A DNA stretch of 64,000 nucleotides from Candidatus Vogelbacteria bacterium (GTDB lineage Bacteria; Patescibacteriota; Minisyncoccia; Phycocordibacterales; XYD1-FULL-46-19): assembly GCA_903864935.1 (NCBI GenBank), contig CAIPHT010000017.1:16096-80095 (forward strand). The letters run 5' to 3'. The notes beneath the pieces are model-generated. The model saw only the letters and a list, made by a program, of their open reading frames with translations. It searched no databases and was not told where the DNA came from. Below, piece by piece: positions 63,869 through 64,000 of this stretch (within the stretch, counting starts at the first letter, position 1; every line of letters begins with the position of its first letter). A program made the position numbers and the translations under genes.

Positions 63869-64000
63869 ATGAAAGAAGAACTTAATCCAGAACCAAAATT
63901 TGAAGAAACGGAGCTTGGGGCGTGGGCCAAGAGACAGGAGGAACAAGAGCTTCCTCCATTAGAGCACCTGGATTGTAAGTATTGTGAGGACTCAGGGACT
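63869..64000 (+). CDS. Hypothetical protein, truncated by the window end
   Basis: MKEELNPEPKFEETELGAWAKRQEEQELPPLEHLDCKYCEDSGT, open to the edge. Confidence 0.55.
   Translation, partial: MKEELNPEPKFEETELGAWAKRQEEQELPPLEHLDCKYCEDSGT

Overview
Bacterial chromosomal segment, genetic code 11. Gene content and style (giant secreted proteins, short DnaX, apparently leaderless core genes, PaaX/Cas2-like regulator, membrane-anchored Clp paralogue) are consistent with a Patescibacteria/CPR (Parcubacteria-like) genome; this assignment is inference. Housekeeping genes are sod, clpB, rpmG, miaA, parB, relA/spoT, topA, dprA, serS, an ftsQ-like gene, a DD-carboxypeptidase, dus, dnaX and tRNAs Tyr, Trp, Leu and Gln. 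The left two thirds are dominated by surface-protein genes: a >4000-aa repeat adhesin, a dockerin plus three cohesin-like genes, a 4613-aa fibre-like protein with ~45 GNVGIGT modules and an S74-like chaperone, and a triple-LamG protein. The most unusual layer is a set of short palindrome families. Two REP-associated tyrosine transposases (RAYT) each have their own palindrome. Palindrome pairs bracket orphan genes like cassettes. A wHTH/Cas2-like gene sits between inverted palindromes in the dprA-topA interval. Hairpins with a shared 10-nt loop are inserted in frame in miaA, dus and the adhesin. All calls were made by eye; no database searches were run.
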